Positions 11,327 through 22,005 of a stretch of DNA of 64,000 nt are shown here, one piece after another (position 1 is the stretch's first letter; every line of letters begins with the position of its first letter). Under the pieces are notes generated by a model that saw nothing but the letters and a program-made list of their open reading frames with translations, made no database searches and was not told the DNA's origin. The DNA comes from Amoebidium appalachense (Eukaryota > Protista > Ichthyosporea), in contig CAVNZM010000003.1 in the NCBI GenBank assembly GCA_963693365.1, positions 6,042,509 through 6,106,508 on the forward strand, written 5' to 3'. A program made the translations under genes and the position numbers.

Positions 11327-11516
11327 CAAAAAATCTTAAACATTTTCGGGGTGAATATACAATGTAAATCCAACGATCCAAATATGGTAAAATTACATAC
11401 CCCCCCCCCCCCCCCCCCTCTGAGCGCCAGCACGCGGCAAGCAGCACGAGCAGCACCATGCATGCAAGCGCTACGGTCCACAACACAGGTGTGGAAGAGG
11501 AAGTGGCAATTTTTAT

Positions 11517-11951
11517 TTACTCCTCGTGTCCAGCACGGCTGCGCTTCTCGGTGGGCGCCGAAGTGTCCTCGGGCGACCGCGCGCGCTTCTTCTCGGGGGG
11601 CTTCTTGTCGAGGCGCTCCTCCTCGGAGCTCAAGATGCAAATGGGGCGCTCCTCGGCGGGGGACTCCTCGGCGGAGGACTCCTCGGGGTCGCTGAGGTTC
11701 TTCAGGGTCCTCCATGTCATACGGTACAGGCTCACGCTGGTCTTGAGGCGCTGGTACTTCTTGCGCAGCACCTTGTACTTGAGCTGCATCTCCCGCTCGC
11801 TGGCGCGCGCACGGTAGCGGTCGCGCTTTGCCTCCTCGTACATGTACTGCTGCCATTCGGGAGGCCACGTGGCAAATGACCCTGGGGGCCGTGGACGGGC
11901 AGGCTGCCCGGCTGGGTCAGGGCCGGCCTTTGGAGATGGTGTGCCGGACAT
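11517..11951 (-). CDS. basic coiled-coil (bZIP-like) nuclear protein
   Basis: AKRDRYRARASERE then heptads M-L-L-Y; KKRAR NLS-like motif; TATA GGTATAAAA on minus strand at 12008-12016. Confidence 0.6.
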   Translation of the reverse strand: MSGTPSPKAGPDPAGQPARPRPPGSFATWPPEWQQYMYEEAKRDRYRARASEREMQLKYKVLRKKYQRLKTSVSLYRMTWRTLKNLSDPEESSAEESPAEERPICILSSEEERLDKKPPEKKRARSPEDTSAPTEKRSRAGHEE

Positions 11952-12675
11952 TGTTGGTGAAGAGAAACAGGAAGAGTGGAAAGTGTCAGCATAGCGCTGA
12001 GTCGGCATTTTATACCTGCCAGGCAGGGAGGCTGACAGCTATCGCGTTTTGATTGGATGTAACCTTTGTCCAACAGTATCCTTCTTGCTCAATGACAAAC
12101 AAACAGAGAATATCTGTGTTTAGACTATGCGTCATGCTAGCATGCATGCTAGTTAATTAAGAGGTATTTAGAATGCTCACGAAATGTAATTTCGGTTTAT
12201 TTGAGCTTAGTGGAAGTTCCATATCACCAAAGATACTGTTCAGAAAAGATCTATAATAGCTGCAACTTTTTCCACGGGTCGGGGCAATCATGACTAAGAT
12301 CAAAATTGGCTGTCAGATCGGATATGCAAATCTACCAATCAAATTAATTATCGCGGGGCTCACTTCAATGCTGTCAGAATTTTGCGAACCAATCACATTA
12401 GCTCAACCTAGATCAATCCATCCCTGCCAACCAATCAGCGCGAGAATTGATCTCCAATCAAATGGCGCTGTGGACATGCCATACCAGTCCCTTCTGAAAA
12501 CTGATCCTACATAAAAGACCAACACAAGGCCAATCCTGTCACTTTCACGCTTTCACACATTCTCCCTCACAACGACTCCCGGCCAAACGATTGTTGCCAG
12601 ACATTTCACCACGTCCCTCTTTCTCGCCCTTTCTTAGCGGATCGTTTCATTAGACCCCCCCCCCCCCCCCCCCCG

Positions 12676-12694
12676 TGACGTCACAGTGACGTCA
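12676..12694. promoter_or_regulatory. two tandem CRE palindromes (TGACGTCA) in a CCAAT-rich divergent intergenic region
   Basis: TGACGTCA at 12676 and 12687; several CCAAT boxes in 12330-12530. Confidence 0.5.
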
Positions 12695-12760
12695 CACCCC
12701 TACGTTACGTTCCCGCCATTTTTGAAATCTCAAATTTTAACGGACCAATCAGGGGCAAGC

Positions 12761-13535
12761 ATGGACCAAACACCTGAAGAGGCCGTGGCTTTGCCTTTCA
12801 TCGTCCAGCCCCCCGGCTTGGACACGGACAAGGTCGTCGTCTATGCCGTGGACGACAAGTATCGGCTCCACCGGGACCCTGCCAGCGCTCGCCTGCTGGA
12901 AGTTGCGAGAGACGGCGACCTCCGCATCTTCGAAACACGGGAGAGCTTCGCTGCGTTCCGTTCAGTCCTTGAGAACGACATGAAAACTTTGCTGCTGCAT
13001 TTGCAGAGACAACCCCGCGGGCCTGGGCGGGTGCCGCCCCCTGGGACACTGTCTGCACTCCACGCGTCCCAATGTACGCCGCCTCCAGCGCTACGTGCTG
13101 GGGAAGCCGGACCATGAGGCTCTCCACGAGGGCACGCTCGGTCAAGGGGTAGGACTTCCTGCTCGTGGGGACGGGAGCGAGCGGTCCGGTCTCAAGGCCC
13201 GACCCCCTGCCCACTCAGTCAAGAGCCGGCCACACCGCCTTGGGTGCGAACGTTATGCAAGGACATGTCGAGTGGTGTACAATGATTGGCCCGGGCCGCG
13301 GCACGTGACGGGCCTCCGTGTCAGTCTCCAGGCCGCCGCCCGCGACACAAAGAAGTGCACCCGCGCAGAAACGCCACTTCTGCAATGCCATCTGTTGAAA
13401 CAAAGGGCCCGAGCACAGAAGGACTGCAAGGAGCAACCCACCCACCAAGACCCAATGGTGTCGAAAACGAGGCGTGGCACACCCTGGACAGCCCTGCGTT
13501 TCCACTCGGACCCGGTCTGCAACCTGATGCTTAAA
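12761..13535 (+). pseudogene. hypothetical gene, frameshifted and cut by the copia insertion
   Basis: ATG at 12761; overlapping ORFs 12686-13117 and 13095-13562 run into the LTR. Confidence 0.35.
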
Positions 13536-14288
13536 GTACTCCCGGCTAGCAATGTCTGTTAGAGAAAGTTTCTGAGCAATTGAATAACTGTTTCAACACT
13601 CACTCGAGTGCATAGAGCTTTTGTTTACGGTCATATTCATATATGGTAGTTATATGTTTGAGCCAAAACTGTACCAATGACGAGCTTCACTAGCAACGTG
13701 CTAATTGTGCTCATTAATTAATATTCCCGGTTCAGATGATGTCATGTCTATATTTGCCACAGGATTCTATTCTTAGAGTGGTAGTGTGCTTTATTCCCGG
13801 ATATTCTCAGAATATTTTTAGTTGTGTGAAGCAAGATTTACGTTTAACTGCAATTGGTGTGTTAAACACGTTTATTTGTGTGCTTTAGTGCAAGTTAACT
13901 AGCCACTCAACGTGCACAGTTAACTTTTATATCTTTAACGACTTGTTTTCATTGTGCTCTCTTTTCGGCCATGCTGTACATGGCCCACCACCAGGGTGCA
14001 CACGAGGCCACCATGAGGTGGCCAACGACTATATAAAGCAGTGCCTCATGGCATGTCACAAACATGGGAAGCAGAACGTTTGATTTACACTTTTCTACTG
14101 TCGTTTCCAGTGCACAAAACACATAGACTAGTTACCCATCATACACGACACTATGTCTGACAACTTACAGTTGCAGCAACTAGTCCAACTACTGGAGCAG
14201 AGGTTGGCCTCACAAGATGCAATCATTTCTGACTTACAGAAGGAACAACGTGCACTAGAACTAGCTTCTATGAACACAATGTCCAACA
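13536..14288 (+). repeat. 5' LTR lacking its first 15 nt
   Basis: Matches the 3' LTR from GTACTCCCGG onward; TATATAAA near 14030; one small indel near 14048. Confidence 0.95.
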
Positions 14289-15361
14289 GGGTTATGGGCC
14301 CCTCACGTAATGATTCCATCAAGTTCAAGGTCGACATCCCTCTCCTCACTGGCATTGATAATGATTCAGGCACGGACTACCACACATGGGCCGAAACCAT
14401 GTATGTCCAGCTTTCTGGTGCTGGTCTTCTCCACACCATCGCGCCCAGTACGGAGCACCCGGCTACCCGTGAACAGGTCGACACTGCCCGTTCCTACCTG
14501 TGGCAAGCACTCTCGGTTGACGTGCGTTGTATCCTAGGGTTAACACGCACCACCACACCTGCGGAGATATGGTCGGCCCTATCTGCCCACTACCTGGAGC
14601 AATCTGAGGCCAATCAGTACGACCTTATCGGGCTGTACATGAATTCTACGCCTGAACCTACGGACACCGCGACGAAATACGCCATGGAACTCCGCGGCTA
14701 CGTGCGGCGCCTGGCCGATTACGGCACACAAATTGGTGATGCTCAAGTGCTGACCAAGCTCACCAACGACCTCGGCAAGGTGCCTTACTACGAAATGCCT
14801 GTAATTGCCTACAAGATGACACCCAAGCCTACCGTGATGGGCCTCCTCCAACAGCTACGGGCATATGAGACCAGCCACCCACGTGCACGTGTGACTACCA
14901 GCTCCGGGCCGGCCGCCTTCACCACACGGGCTCCTCAACCTGTCATCTGCCACGGCTGCGGCAAACCAGGCCACATCAAGTCTCAGTGCCCCAACGGCAA
15001 CGGCCAACACAGCAACTCTGGCAACAACCGTGCCAGCACCTACCCCAAGGGTTCCTGCGTCAACCACCCACTGTCTACCAGTCACACTACCGCCATGTGC
15101 AAGGGGGGCAACCGTGCCAACGGCCGCAAACCTAAGGGTGGTCCCCTCCCGCCTGGGTCCTGCATCAACCACCCTGCCTCTACTACCCACACTACGGCAC
15201 AGTGCAAGGGGGGGCTGCCGCTCCCCGGGCTTTCCTCATGTCTAGCAACGACTGTGGCACCAACAAGGTGCTCCTCGACTCTGGAGCCACTGACCATGTG
15301 TGCCCCCGGCCCGATGTGTTCATCAACATGCGTGCGGCGCCTTACTCCACGGTCCAAGTAG
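14153..15361 (+). CDS. gag: copia Gag, starting inside the LTR
   Basis: Zinc knuckle CHGCGKPGHIKSQC plus two C-x2-H-x5-H-x4-C repeats. Confidence 0.9.
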   Translation: MSDNLQLQQLVQLLEQRLASQDAIISDLQKEQRALELASMNTMSNRVMGPSRNDSIKFKVDIPLLTGIDNDSGTDYHTWAETMYVQLSGAGLLHTIAPSTEHPATREQVDTARSYLWQALSVDVRCILGLTRTTTPAEIWSALSAHYLEQSEANQYDLIGLYMNSTPEPTDTATKYAMELRGYVRRLADYGTQIGDAQVLTKLTNDLGKVPYYEMPVIAYKMTPKPTVMGLLQQLRAYETSHPRARVTTSSGPAAFTTRAPQPVICHGCGKPGHIKSQCPNGNGQHSNSGNNRASTYPKGSCVNHPLSTSHTTAMCKGGNRANGRKPKGGPLPPGSCINHPASTTHTTAQCKGGLPLPGLSSCLATTVAPTRCSSTLEPLTMCAPGPMCSSTCVRRLTPRSK

Positions 15362-18300
15362 CCGACAAGGGTGCATGTGCAGTGCTTGGGGTGGGCGACG
15401 TGTTCTTTTCCAGCACCATCGACGGCGTTACTGCGGTGCATCAGCTGACGGATGTACTCTACGTGCCCTCCATCCCCGACACTCTCATCAGTGTGTTCAC
15501 GGCAACTACCAACGGTGTTTTACCCCGCTTTGACACCCGCGGCGGCGTTAAGTTGTGCTACGGCGATCAAATTCTGGCCACCGGCTCGGCTGTCGGCACC
15601 AAGCTGTACCACATGGCGGTGTCTCTTCTGCGCGCGGACACAACCCCGGACGCCCAAACCACCACTGCTCCGCGTATCCTCAAGGTTACTGCCGACCTCA
15701 ACACGTGGCACTACCGTCTGGGCCATGCTGGCATTGACGCTGTACGCTCGGTCATCAAGTCTGCAGGCCTGTTGGTGGGTGGCGGTGCCAAGTCTCCGGG
15801 TGTGTGTGAGCCCTGTGCCCTCGGCAAAGCCCACCGTGTTGCCTTCTCCGAATCAACTAGCCAAGCTCCCCGGGTCCTAGCCAAGGTTCACAGCGACATC
15901 AGCGGCCCCTTCCCTCCCGCGATCGGTGGTGCTCAGTACTTGGCGACGTTCCACGACGAATTCACCGGCCACACCACGGCCGTGCCCCTCGTCAAGAAGT
16001 CGGACACACTGGCTGCATATGTGACGTACCACAAGGCGGCGGTTACCCAACACGGTGTTCCCATGCAGGTGTTTCAGTCCGACGGGGGGGGCGAGTACAT
16101 GGGCACGGCCTTCGGGGACTACAACCGTGAGCATGGCATTCGCCATCAGATCACTACCACCGGCTCTCCTCAACAGAATGGGACTGCCGAACGACTGAAC
16201 CGGACCCTCCTCGACATGGTTCGGGCACTCCTGCAGCAGTCCGGCCTTCCGGTGGGATTCTGGGCCGAGGCAGCTGTGACCGCGGCTTTTATACGCAACA
16301 TGCTCCCGTCGCGAGCCACCGGCAGCCAATCGTCTCCCGCCCTGCTGTGGACCGGCATTCCTCCCGACTACAGCCGGCTCCGTGTCTGGGGCTCTCCCTG
16401 CTACGTCCATCAACAGGATACACCAAAACTGGCGCCTCGTGCCGTCAAGGGCATCTTCGTGGGCTACCCTCCTAACATCAAGGGCTACAAGGTCTGGATT
16501 CCAGCAGCACACAAGATGACCGTCAGCCGTGACGTGCAGTTCGACGAGGCTGCTATTCTGCACCCCCTCCGTGATGTCCCATCTGATTGGTCGACCGCAC
16601 CGGCAATTCATCATTTTTTGGAGTCATCTGATTCGTCAAATCAGCCAGCCAATCACATCGTCCGGAATGATCAGCAATCTGATTCGTCTCGTCTGTCAGC
16701 CAATGGGACAGCGCCGAGTGATCAATTGGACATTCCGATCCTGCCCGAGCCTGCACATCGGCTCCCCCGGACGACCCGTAGTGGCGCTGTGTACAACGAC
16801 CAACGTCGAGGCCCGACTGCCAACGTGGCTGCTGCTACGGCCCCCCTTGCCCCCCAGGCTACGGCTCCTGCATCAACACCCATCAAGGCTTCCACCATTG
16901 TTGTCCCCAAGACTGTCCGGGCTGCACTCAAGAGTCCCCAGCGTCTGAAATGGGAGGAGGCTGCACACCGTGAGCTCAAGGCCCTGGAAGACAACGGCAC
17001 CTTCACCCTTGTGCCCCGTCCAGAGGATGGCTCCACTGTCATTCCGGTCGGCTGGGTCTTTACGGTCAAGCAGGACAACGTCGGCAACGTCACTGCTTTC
17101 AAGGCCCGGCTTGTGGCCCGGGGCAACTACCAGCAGCCTGGCCAGGACTATTTCGTCACCGAGTCACCTGTGGCTGCGCTGGCTACCATCCGGCTGGTTT
17201 TGGCTACCTCCGTGGCCCAAGGTCTGCCTCTGCGCCACATCGACGTCAACACAGCATTCCTCAACGGCACCGTCAACGAGACCATCTACATTGAGCAGCC
17301 CCCTGGCTTCGTCAACCCCTCGGCCCCCCATGCTGTCGGCTTGCTCCACAAGGCGCTCTACGGCCTAAAACAGGCACCGCGCCAGTGGTATGAGGCCCTC
17401 CGTGACCATCTCCTCGACCAAGGCTTCATTGTGAGTGCTGCTGACCCGTGCCTGTTCATCAAGAATGCCGGGACCCCAACGTTTATTGCCCTTGCTGCCT
17501 ACGTGGATGACTTCACCGTGACGGCCGCCACTGATGCGCTCATCGACGATTTTTTCACCAAGCTGGATGCTCGTTTCTCTGCCAAGGACCTGGGTCGTCC
17601 TACCCTGCTCATCGGGCACACTCTTACCTGGCTGGAGGACGGGTCTCTGCGTCTGGGCCATCGTCAACACATCATCGACTTGGCTGCCCGTTTTCGTCTC
17701 ACCCACATGTCCGGCACCAAGACCCCCATCGTCCCGGGCCAGGCCAGTGAAAGCAACAAGACCCCAGCCTACAGCAAGAAGGAGGACTATGCCAGCCTGG
17801 TCGGTGCCCTGCTGTGGATTGCGCGTACCACCCGCCCCGACATTTCCCAGGCTCTGGGAGTCCTTACTCGACACATTCATGCGCCCACCGTCACCCACTG
17901 GACTATGGCTACCAGAGTTGTAAGCTACCTGCTGGCCACCATCGACCTGGGTATTGTCTACCGTCCCGGCCCCCCCAACCTTGTTGGCTACTCCGACTCC
18001 GACTACGCCGAGGACCGCGACACCCGGCGCTCCACCACGGGCTATGTCTTCTTCATCAACTCCTCCCCTGTGTCCTGGGTGTCTCGGCTCCAGTCCATCA
18101 CCACCCACAGCTCCACTGAGGCTGAATTTGTGGCCATGTCTGCTGCTACGAACGAGGCCCTATGGCTCAACTATGTGATGGACGACCTGGGCCTTAATCC
18201 TATCAATGAGCCCACCCCGGTGCCCATCCATGGGGACAATGAGTCTGCCCGGGCCCTGCTGGACACCCTGGGGGTTAAGCCCAAGACCAAGCACATCGAC

Positions 18301-18450
18301 GTCCGCTACTGCTCCGTCAAGGAACATCACCTGCTGGGCAACATCACTGTGGTCCCGGTGGCTTCTGCTGACAACAAGGCCGACATGTTCACCAAGGCCC
18401 TGTCTGCCTCCTTCTTCACCAAGGCCGTGGGGATGCTCAACATGTGCTGA
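15202..18450 (+). CDS. pol: copia Pol (protease, integrase, RT, RNase H), -1 frame relative to gag
   Basis: LDSGATDH; WHYRLGH..CEPC; HSDISGP, QSDGGGEY, QQNGTAER; YVDD; YSDSDYA. Confidence 0.95.
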   Translation: MQGGAAAPRAFLMSSNDCGTNKVLLDSGATDHVCPRPDVFINMRAAPYSTVQVADKGACAVLGVGDVFFSSTIDGVTAVHQLTDVLYVPSIPDTLISVFTATTNGVLPRFDTRGGVKLCYGDQILATGSAVGTKLYHMAVSLLRADTTPDAQTTTAPRILKVTADLNTWHYRLGHAGIDAVRSVIKSAGLLVGGGAKSPGVCEPCALGKAHRVAFSESTSQAPRVLAKVHSDISGPFPPAIGGAQYLATFHDEFTGHTTAVPLVKKSDTLAAYVTYHKAAVTQHGVPMQVFQSDGGGEYMGTAFGDYNREHGIRHQITTTGSPQQNGTAERLNRTLLDMVRALLQQSGLPVGFWAEAAVTAAFIRNMLPSRATGSQSSPALLWTGIPPDYSRLRVWGSPCYVHQQDTPKLAPRAVKGIFVGYPPNIKGYKVWIPAAHKMTVSRDVQFDEAAILHPLRDVPSDWSTAPAIHHFLESSDSSNQPANHIVRNDQQSDSSRLSANGTAPSDQLDIPILPEPAHRLPRTTRSGAVYNDQRRGPTANVAAATAPLAPQATAPASTPIKASTIVVPKTVRAALKSPQRLKWEEAAHRELKALEDNGTFTLVPRPEDGSTVIPVGWVFTVKQDNVGNVTAFKARLVARGNYQQPGQDYFVTESPVAALATIRLVLATSVAQGLPLRHIDVNTAFLNGTVNETIYIEQPPGFVNPSAPHAVGLLHKALYGLKQAPRQWYEALRDHLLDQGFIVSAADPCLFIKNAGTPTFIALAAYVDDFTVTAATDALIDDFFTKLDARFSAKDLGRPTLLIGHTLTWLEDGSLRLGHRQHIIDLAARFRLTHMSGTKTPIVPGQASESNKTPAYSKKEDYASLVGALLWIARTTRPDISQALGVLTRHIHAPTVTHWTMATRVVSYLLATIDLGIVYRPGPPNLVGYSDSDYAEDRDTRRSTTGYVFFINSSPVSWVSRLQSITTHSSTEAEFVAMSAATNEALWLNYVMDDLGLNPINEPTPVPIHGDNESARALLDTLGVKPKTKHIDVRYCSVKEHHLLGNITVVPVASADNKADMFTKALSASFFTKAVGMLNMC

Positions 18451-18636
18451 GCACCCGTCATCAACCAACTGCGCCCTCATACTTCAGGGGGGGGGAGAGA
18501 GTTGCATCCGACTGTGCAACTACGTGTACCATACTAAAATTGAGTAGGGGAATCTTTATTGTCTGTATTTTGTGCACCTGAAGCACTCGAGCTCAGTTGC
18601 ATTAATTCATACCACAATTATCCAATTGAGTAGGGG

Positions 18637-19401
18637 TGTTGGAGTACACTGGTACTCCCGGCTAGCAATGTCTGTTAGAGAAAGTTTCTGAGCAATTGAA
18701 TAACTGTTTCAACACTCACTCGAGTGCATAGAGCTTTTGTTTACGGTCATATTCATATATGGTAGTTATATGTTTGAGCCAAAACTGTACCAATGACGAG
18801 CTTCACTAGCAACGTGCTAATTGTGCTCATTAATTAATATTCCCGGTTCAGATGATGTCATGTCTATATTTGCCACAGGATTCTATTCTTAGAGTGGTAG
18901 TGTGCTTTATTCCCGGATATTCTCAGAATATTTTTAGTTGTGTGAAGCAAGATTTACGTTTAACTGCAATTGGTGTGTTAAACACGTTTATTTGTGTGCT
19001 TTAGTGCAAGTTAACTAGCCACTCAACGTGCACAGTTAACTTTTATATCTTTAACGACTTGTTTTCATTGTGCTCTCTTTTCGGCCATGCTGTACATGGC
19101 CCACCACCAGGGTGCACACGAGGCCACCATGAGGTGGCCAACGACTATATAAAGCAGTGCCTCCCATGTCACAAACATGGGAAGCAGAACGTTTGATTTA
19201 CACTTTTCTACTGTCGTTTCCAGTGCACAAAACACATAGACTAGTTACCCATCATACACGACACTATGTCTGACAACTTACAGTTGCAGCAACTAGTCCA
19301 ACTACTGGAGCAGAGGTTGGCCTCACAAGATGCAATCATTTCTGACTTACAGAAGGAACAACGTGCACTAGAACTAGCTTCTATGAACACAATGTCCAAC
19401 A
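18637..19401 (+). repeat. 3' LTR (765 bp)
   Basis: TGTTGGA...TCCAACA immediately after the PPT. Confidence 0.97.
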
Positions 19402-20017
19402 ATTATGTGCATAATGATATGTATTTTTTCCAACATCGATATCGACAGAATAAATTTCAGTCCGTTTTCCGCTTTACTCGCACGCTCTGTCGGAGCACCA
19501 GTCTCCGGTATTTCGGCATGAACGCGTCGGCATACACGTACTTCTTTATCCGCCTGCTACCTCTCTTTTTCGACCGGCTTCTTCGGTGTGGCATGCCCCT
19601 CTCCCGAAAAATGTCCGCATCCGACTCCCAAAACACCTTCCTAGTGAAACCAACTTTCTCCTCCTACACCCAGCCGCACACTGGTTGCTGGCCCACGCGC
19701 CCTCCTCAATCTCGAGGGACACCTTGCGCCACCCGGGCTCTGCGCGCTTGATCTCACACGCCAACACAATATCTCCGGGGCGAACCCCTGCGGCCCACAG
19801 GCTGGTGCAGCACCGCAGGCTGAGCACCTCACAACACGAGTCGGGCCCGCGCATACACACACCTACACACGCAAGCTTGCACTCGTGGTCGTGCAGCGCC
19901 TCGAGCACCGGCACCTTGCGAGCGAGTGTGCGCCGACGCAGGCGCAAGTTGGGAATGGTATAAAAGCCCGTATCGGACGCAGTGAGGTGCCAGTCTGCAT
20001 CTGCACCAGAACCGACC

Positions 20018-20536
20018 ATGGCTTTTGAGCGGGAATTGAAGCTGTTTGTCAATCGGCTGTCGCTGCTTGTGTCTAGCATGACGTTCGACTCGAACGGCGC
20101 CGGGAGGGTGGCCAGCCGGCCGCTGCAGCTCCACGCACGACTTGGGAAGGGCGACACGATGTTGTCGGACACGATGCTGCCGCTGCAGTCGGTAGAAGCG
20201 TCGAACAGAACTGGACTCAACCACCTGGTGTTTTCGACGTGTCCACTAGAGGGGGCCGGGGATGCGGTGACCATCGACCTGGATTGGGGCAAGTCGTTTC
20301 GGCTGACCTGGGAGCGCTGGGACACCACGCTGTCGCTGCTGCCACCGAGGGATCCGACTGAGGAGCAGGGTATGAGCGAGGGGCGAGCCGTCCCCTTGAA
20401 GGCTATGAGCCAGCGAACAACCCTTCTACGGATCGACTTTTTGAAGGACTTTGTTTGGCACGACACGGGCTGCGACATTCTGTCGCTGCAGCTATATGAA
20501 TCAGTAGCGAAAAATAGGCGGCAGCGTAGAGAATAA
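20018..20536 (+). CDS. hypothetical protein, 172 aa
   Basis: GGTATAAAAG at 19957; ACCATGG start context; intronless. Confidence 0.65.
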   Translation: MAFERELKLFVNRLSLLVSSMTFDSNGAGRVASRPLQLHARLGKGDTMLSDTMLPLQSVEASNRTGLNHLVFSTCPLEGAGDAVTIDLDWGKSFRLTWERWDTTLSLLPPRDPTEEQGMSEGRAVPLKAMSQRTTLLRIDFLKDFVWHDTGCDILSLQLYESVAKNRRQRRE

Positions 20537-20699
20537 TGCAGGTATCGCGGAGTGAGTGCGTGTGTGCGACTGCGCCCCGGACGGTGCAGCACGCGTATAA
20601 AAGCAGGGCCACAGCCATGGTGTCTTCCGAGTGCATGTTGTGTATGCGCTCACAAATTTGTTTGCATTACGGAGTTATCATGCCCCCCCCTCCCTGTAC

Positions 20700-21130
20700 A
20701 CCATCGGATCGACCACTCCTGCAATCGCAGACCCCCCCTCACTCCCGCAACACCCCCCTCCTCTCATCGGATCGGGAAAAAGCTCTCACTCCCGCAACCC
20801 CCCCCCTGCTCTCATCGGATCGGGAAAAAGCTCCCACTCCCGCATTCGGAGAGAAGTTCACCTCTCCCCCTCCTCCCCTCATCGGATCGGGAAAAAGATC
20901 CCACTCCCGCAATCAGAGAGAAGTCCACCTATCCCCCTCCCCTCTCATCGGATCGGGAAAAAGCTCCTCCCGTCAACGGATCAGGAAAAAGCTCCCACTC
21001 CCGCAATCGGAGAGAAGTCCACCTCTCCCCCTCCTCCCCTCATCGGATCGGGAAAAAGCTCCCACTCCCGCAATCGGAGAGAAGTCCACCTCTCCCCCTC
21101 CTCCCCTCATCCGATCCCACTCCCGCAATC
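20700..21130. repeat. minisatellite, ~67-bp unit with core CTCATCGGATCGGGAAAAAGCTCCCACTCCCGCAA
   Basis: About 6-7 imperfect copies. Confidence 0.9.
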
Positions 21131-21202
21131 CCCCCCCCCCCCCCCCCCCCCAATTAACTCCCGCGCACCTCCACCACCGCATTATATCATGCACCGAGTA
21201 AC

Positions 21203-21574
21203 ATGGACGCCGGCGCACCCTTTCTACCATTCCGTCCCCTCCCCCCCCTGCGAACCACAAATTCTCCCTCCCCCATCCTGCTGGCCGTGCTCGCCGGCCT
21301 CATCCTCTACGTGCTGTGGGACACGTTCAGCCCGCGTGTGCGGCGGCGGCTGGCGGTGCTCAAGTGCCCCGGCACATGCCCGATGTGCGCCAGCTGCGGC
21401 AGCTGCCCCCCCAAGCCCAAGTGTGCGCACTGCCCCCGCTGCCACGTGTGCGGTGCCAGCCCCACCCGGTGCGCACAGTGCCCCGCATGCACGCGCTGCC
21501 CGCCCGAGCAGAAGTGCCCGGGGTGCCCCACATGTGCGCATGCGCCTGCGGTGGTGATCAAGGAGCGGGCATGA
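21203..21574 (+). CDS. membrane protein with Cys-rich CPxC/CxxC repeats
   Basis: TM segment ILLAVLAGLILYVLW followed by CPMCASCGSC..CAHCPRCHVC..CAQCPACTRC..CPGCPTC. Confidence 0.7.
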   Translation: MDAGAPFLPFRPLPPLRTTNSPSPILLAVLAGLILYVLWDTFSPRVRRRLAVLKCPGTCPMCASCGSCPPKPKCAHCPRCHVCGASPTRCAQCPACTRCPPEQKCPGCPTCAHAPAVVIKERA

Positions 21575-21610
21575 GGATTGACGCGGTATGAGATTTTTGT
21601 GGCATAGAGT

Positions 21611-21935
21611 ATGGCGTACCGATGGGAGTACAAGCTGAAGGAGGAGCCCGGCAAGGCACCCGTGGTGCAGGCAACGATTGTGCCGACCGAGGCCACCGCC
21701 CGGCGGACGCAGATGGAGCAACGAGCATATGCACAAGAGCTTGCAGAAAAAGGCTACATAGACCTGCCCGAAGAGCTTGCGGATAAGTGCGGATTCAAGA
21801 AGTGGGAGCCCAAAAACCAACGGCAGACAGCCATCGTGCTGCAGAAGATGATGGAGCCGGAGACCCTACCAGCCGAAACGGGAAATCATGAGAGAAAGTG
21901 TTGAACTTTATGTGCATGCGTGTGTGTGTGCGCGC

Positions 21936-22005
<70 letters not shown>

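Larger units (their letters stand above)
13536..19401 (+). mobile_element. near full-length Ty1/copia LTR retrotransposon
   Basis: LTRs 13536-14288 and 18637-19401 are nearly identical with TGTTGGA...TCCAACA termini. PBS GGTTATGGGCCC at 14290. PPT GAGTAGGGG at 18628-18636. Domain order PR-IN-RT-RH. Confidence 0.97.

Noticed and set aside
15203-15215. Programmed -1 frameshift between gag and pol at G-GGG-GGG
   Set aside because: Copia elements usually have a single ORF, the heptamer is non-canonical, and homopolymer indels occur elsewhere in this window. Raw reads or other copies are needed to decide.
19546-20592. 348-aa minus-strand ORF
   Set aside because: It is the antisense shadow of the TATA/Kozak-supported plus-strand gene at 20018-20536 and has no motifs.
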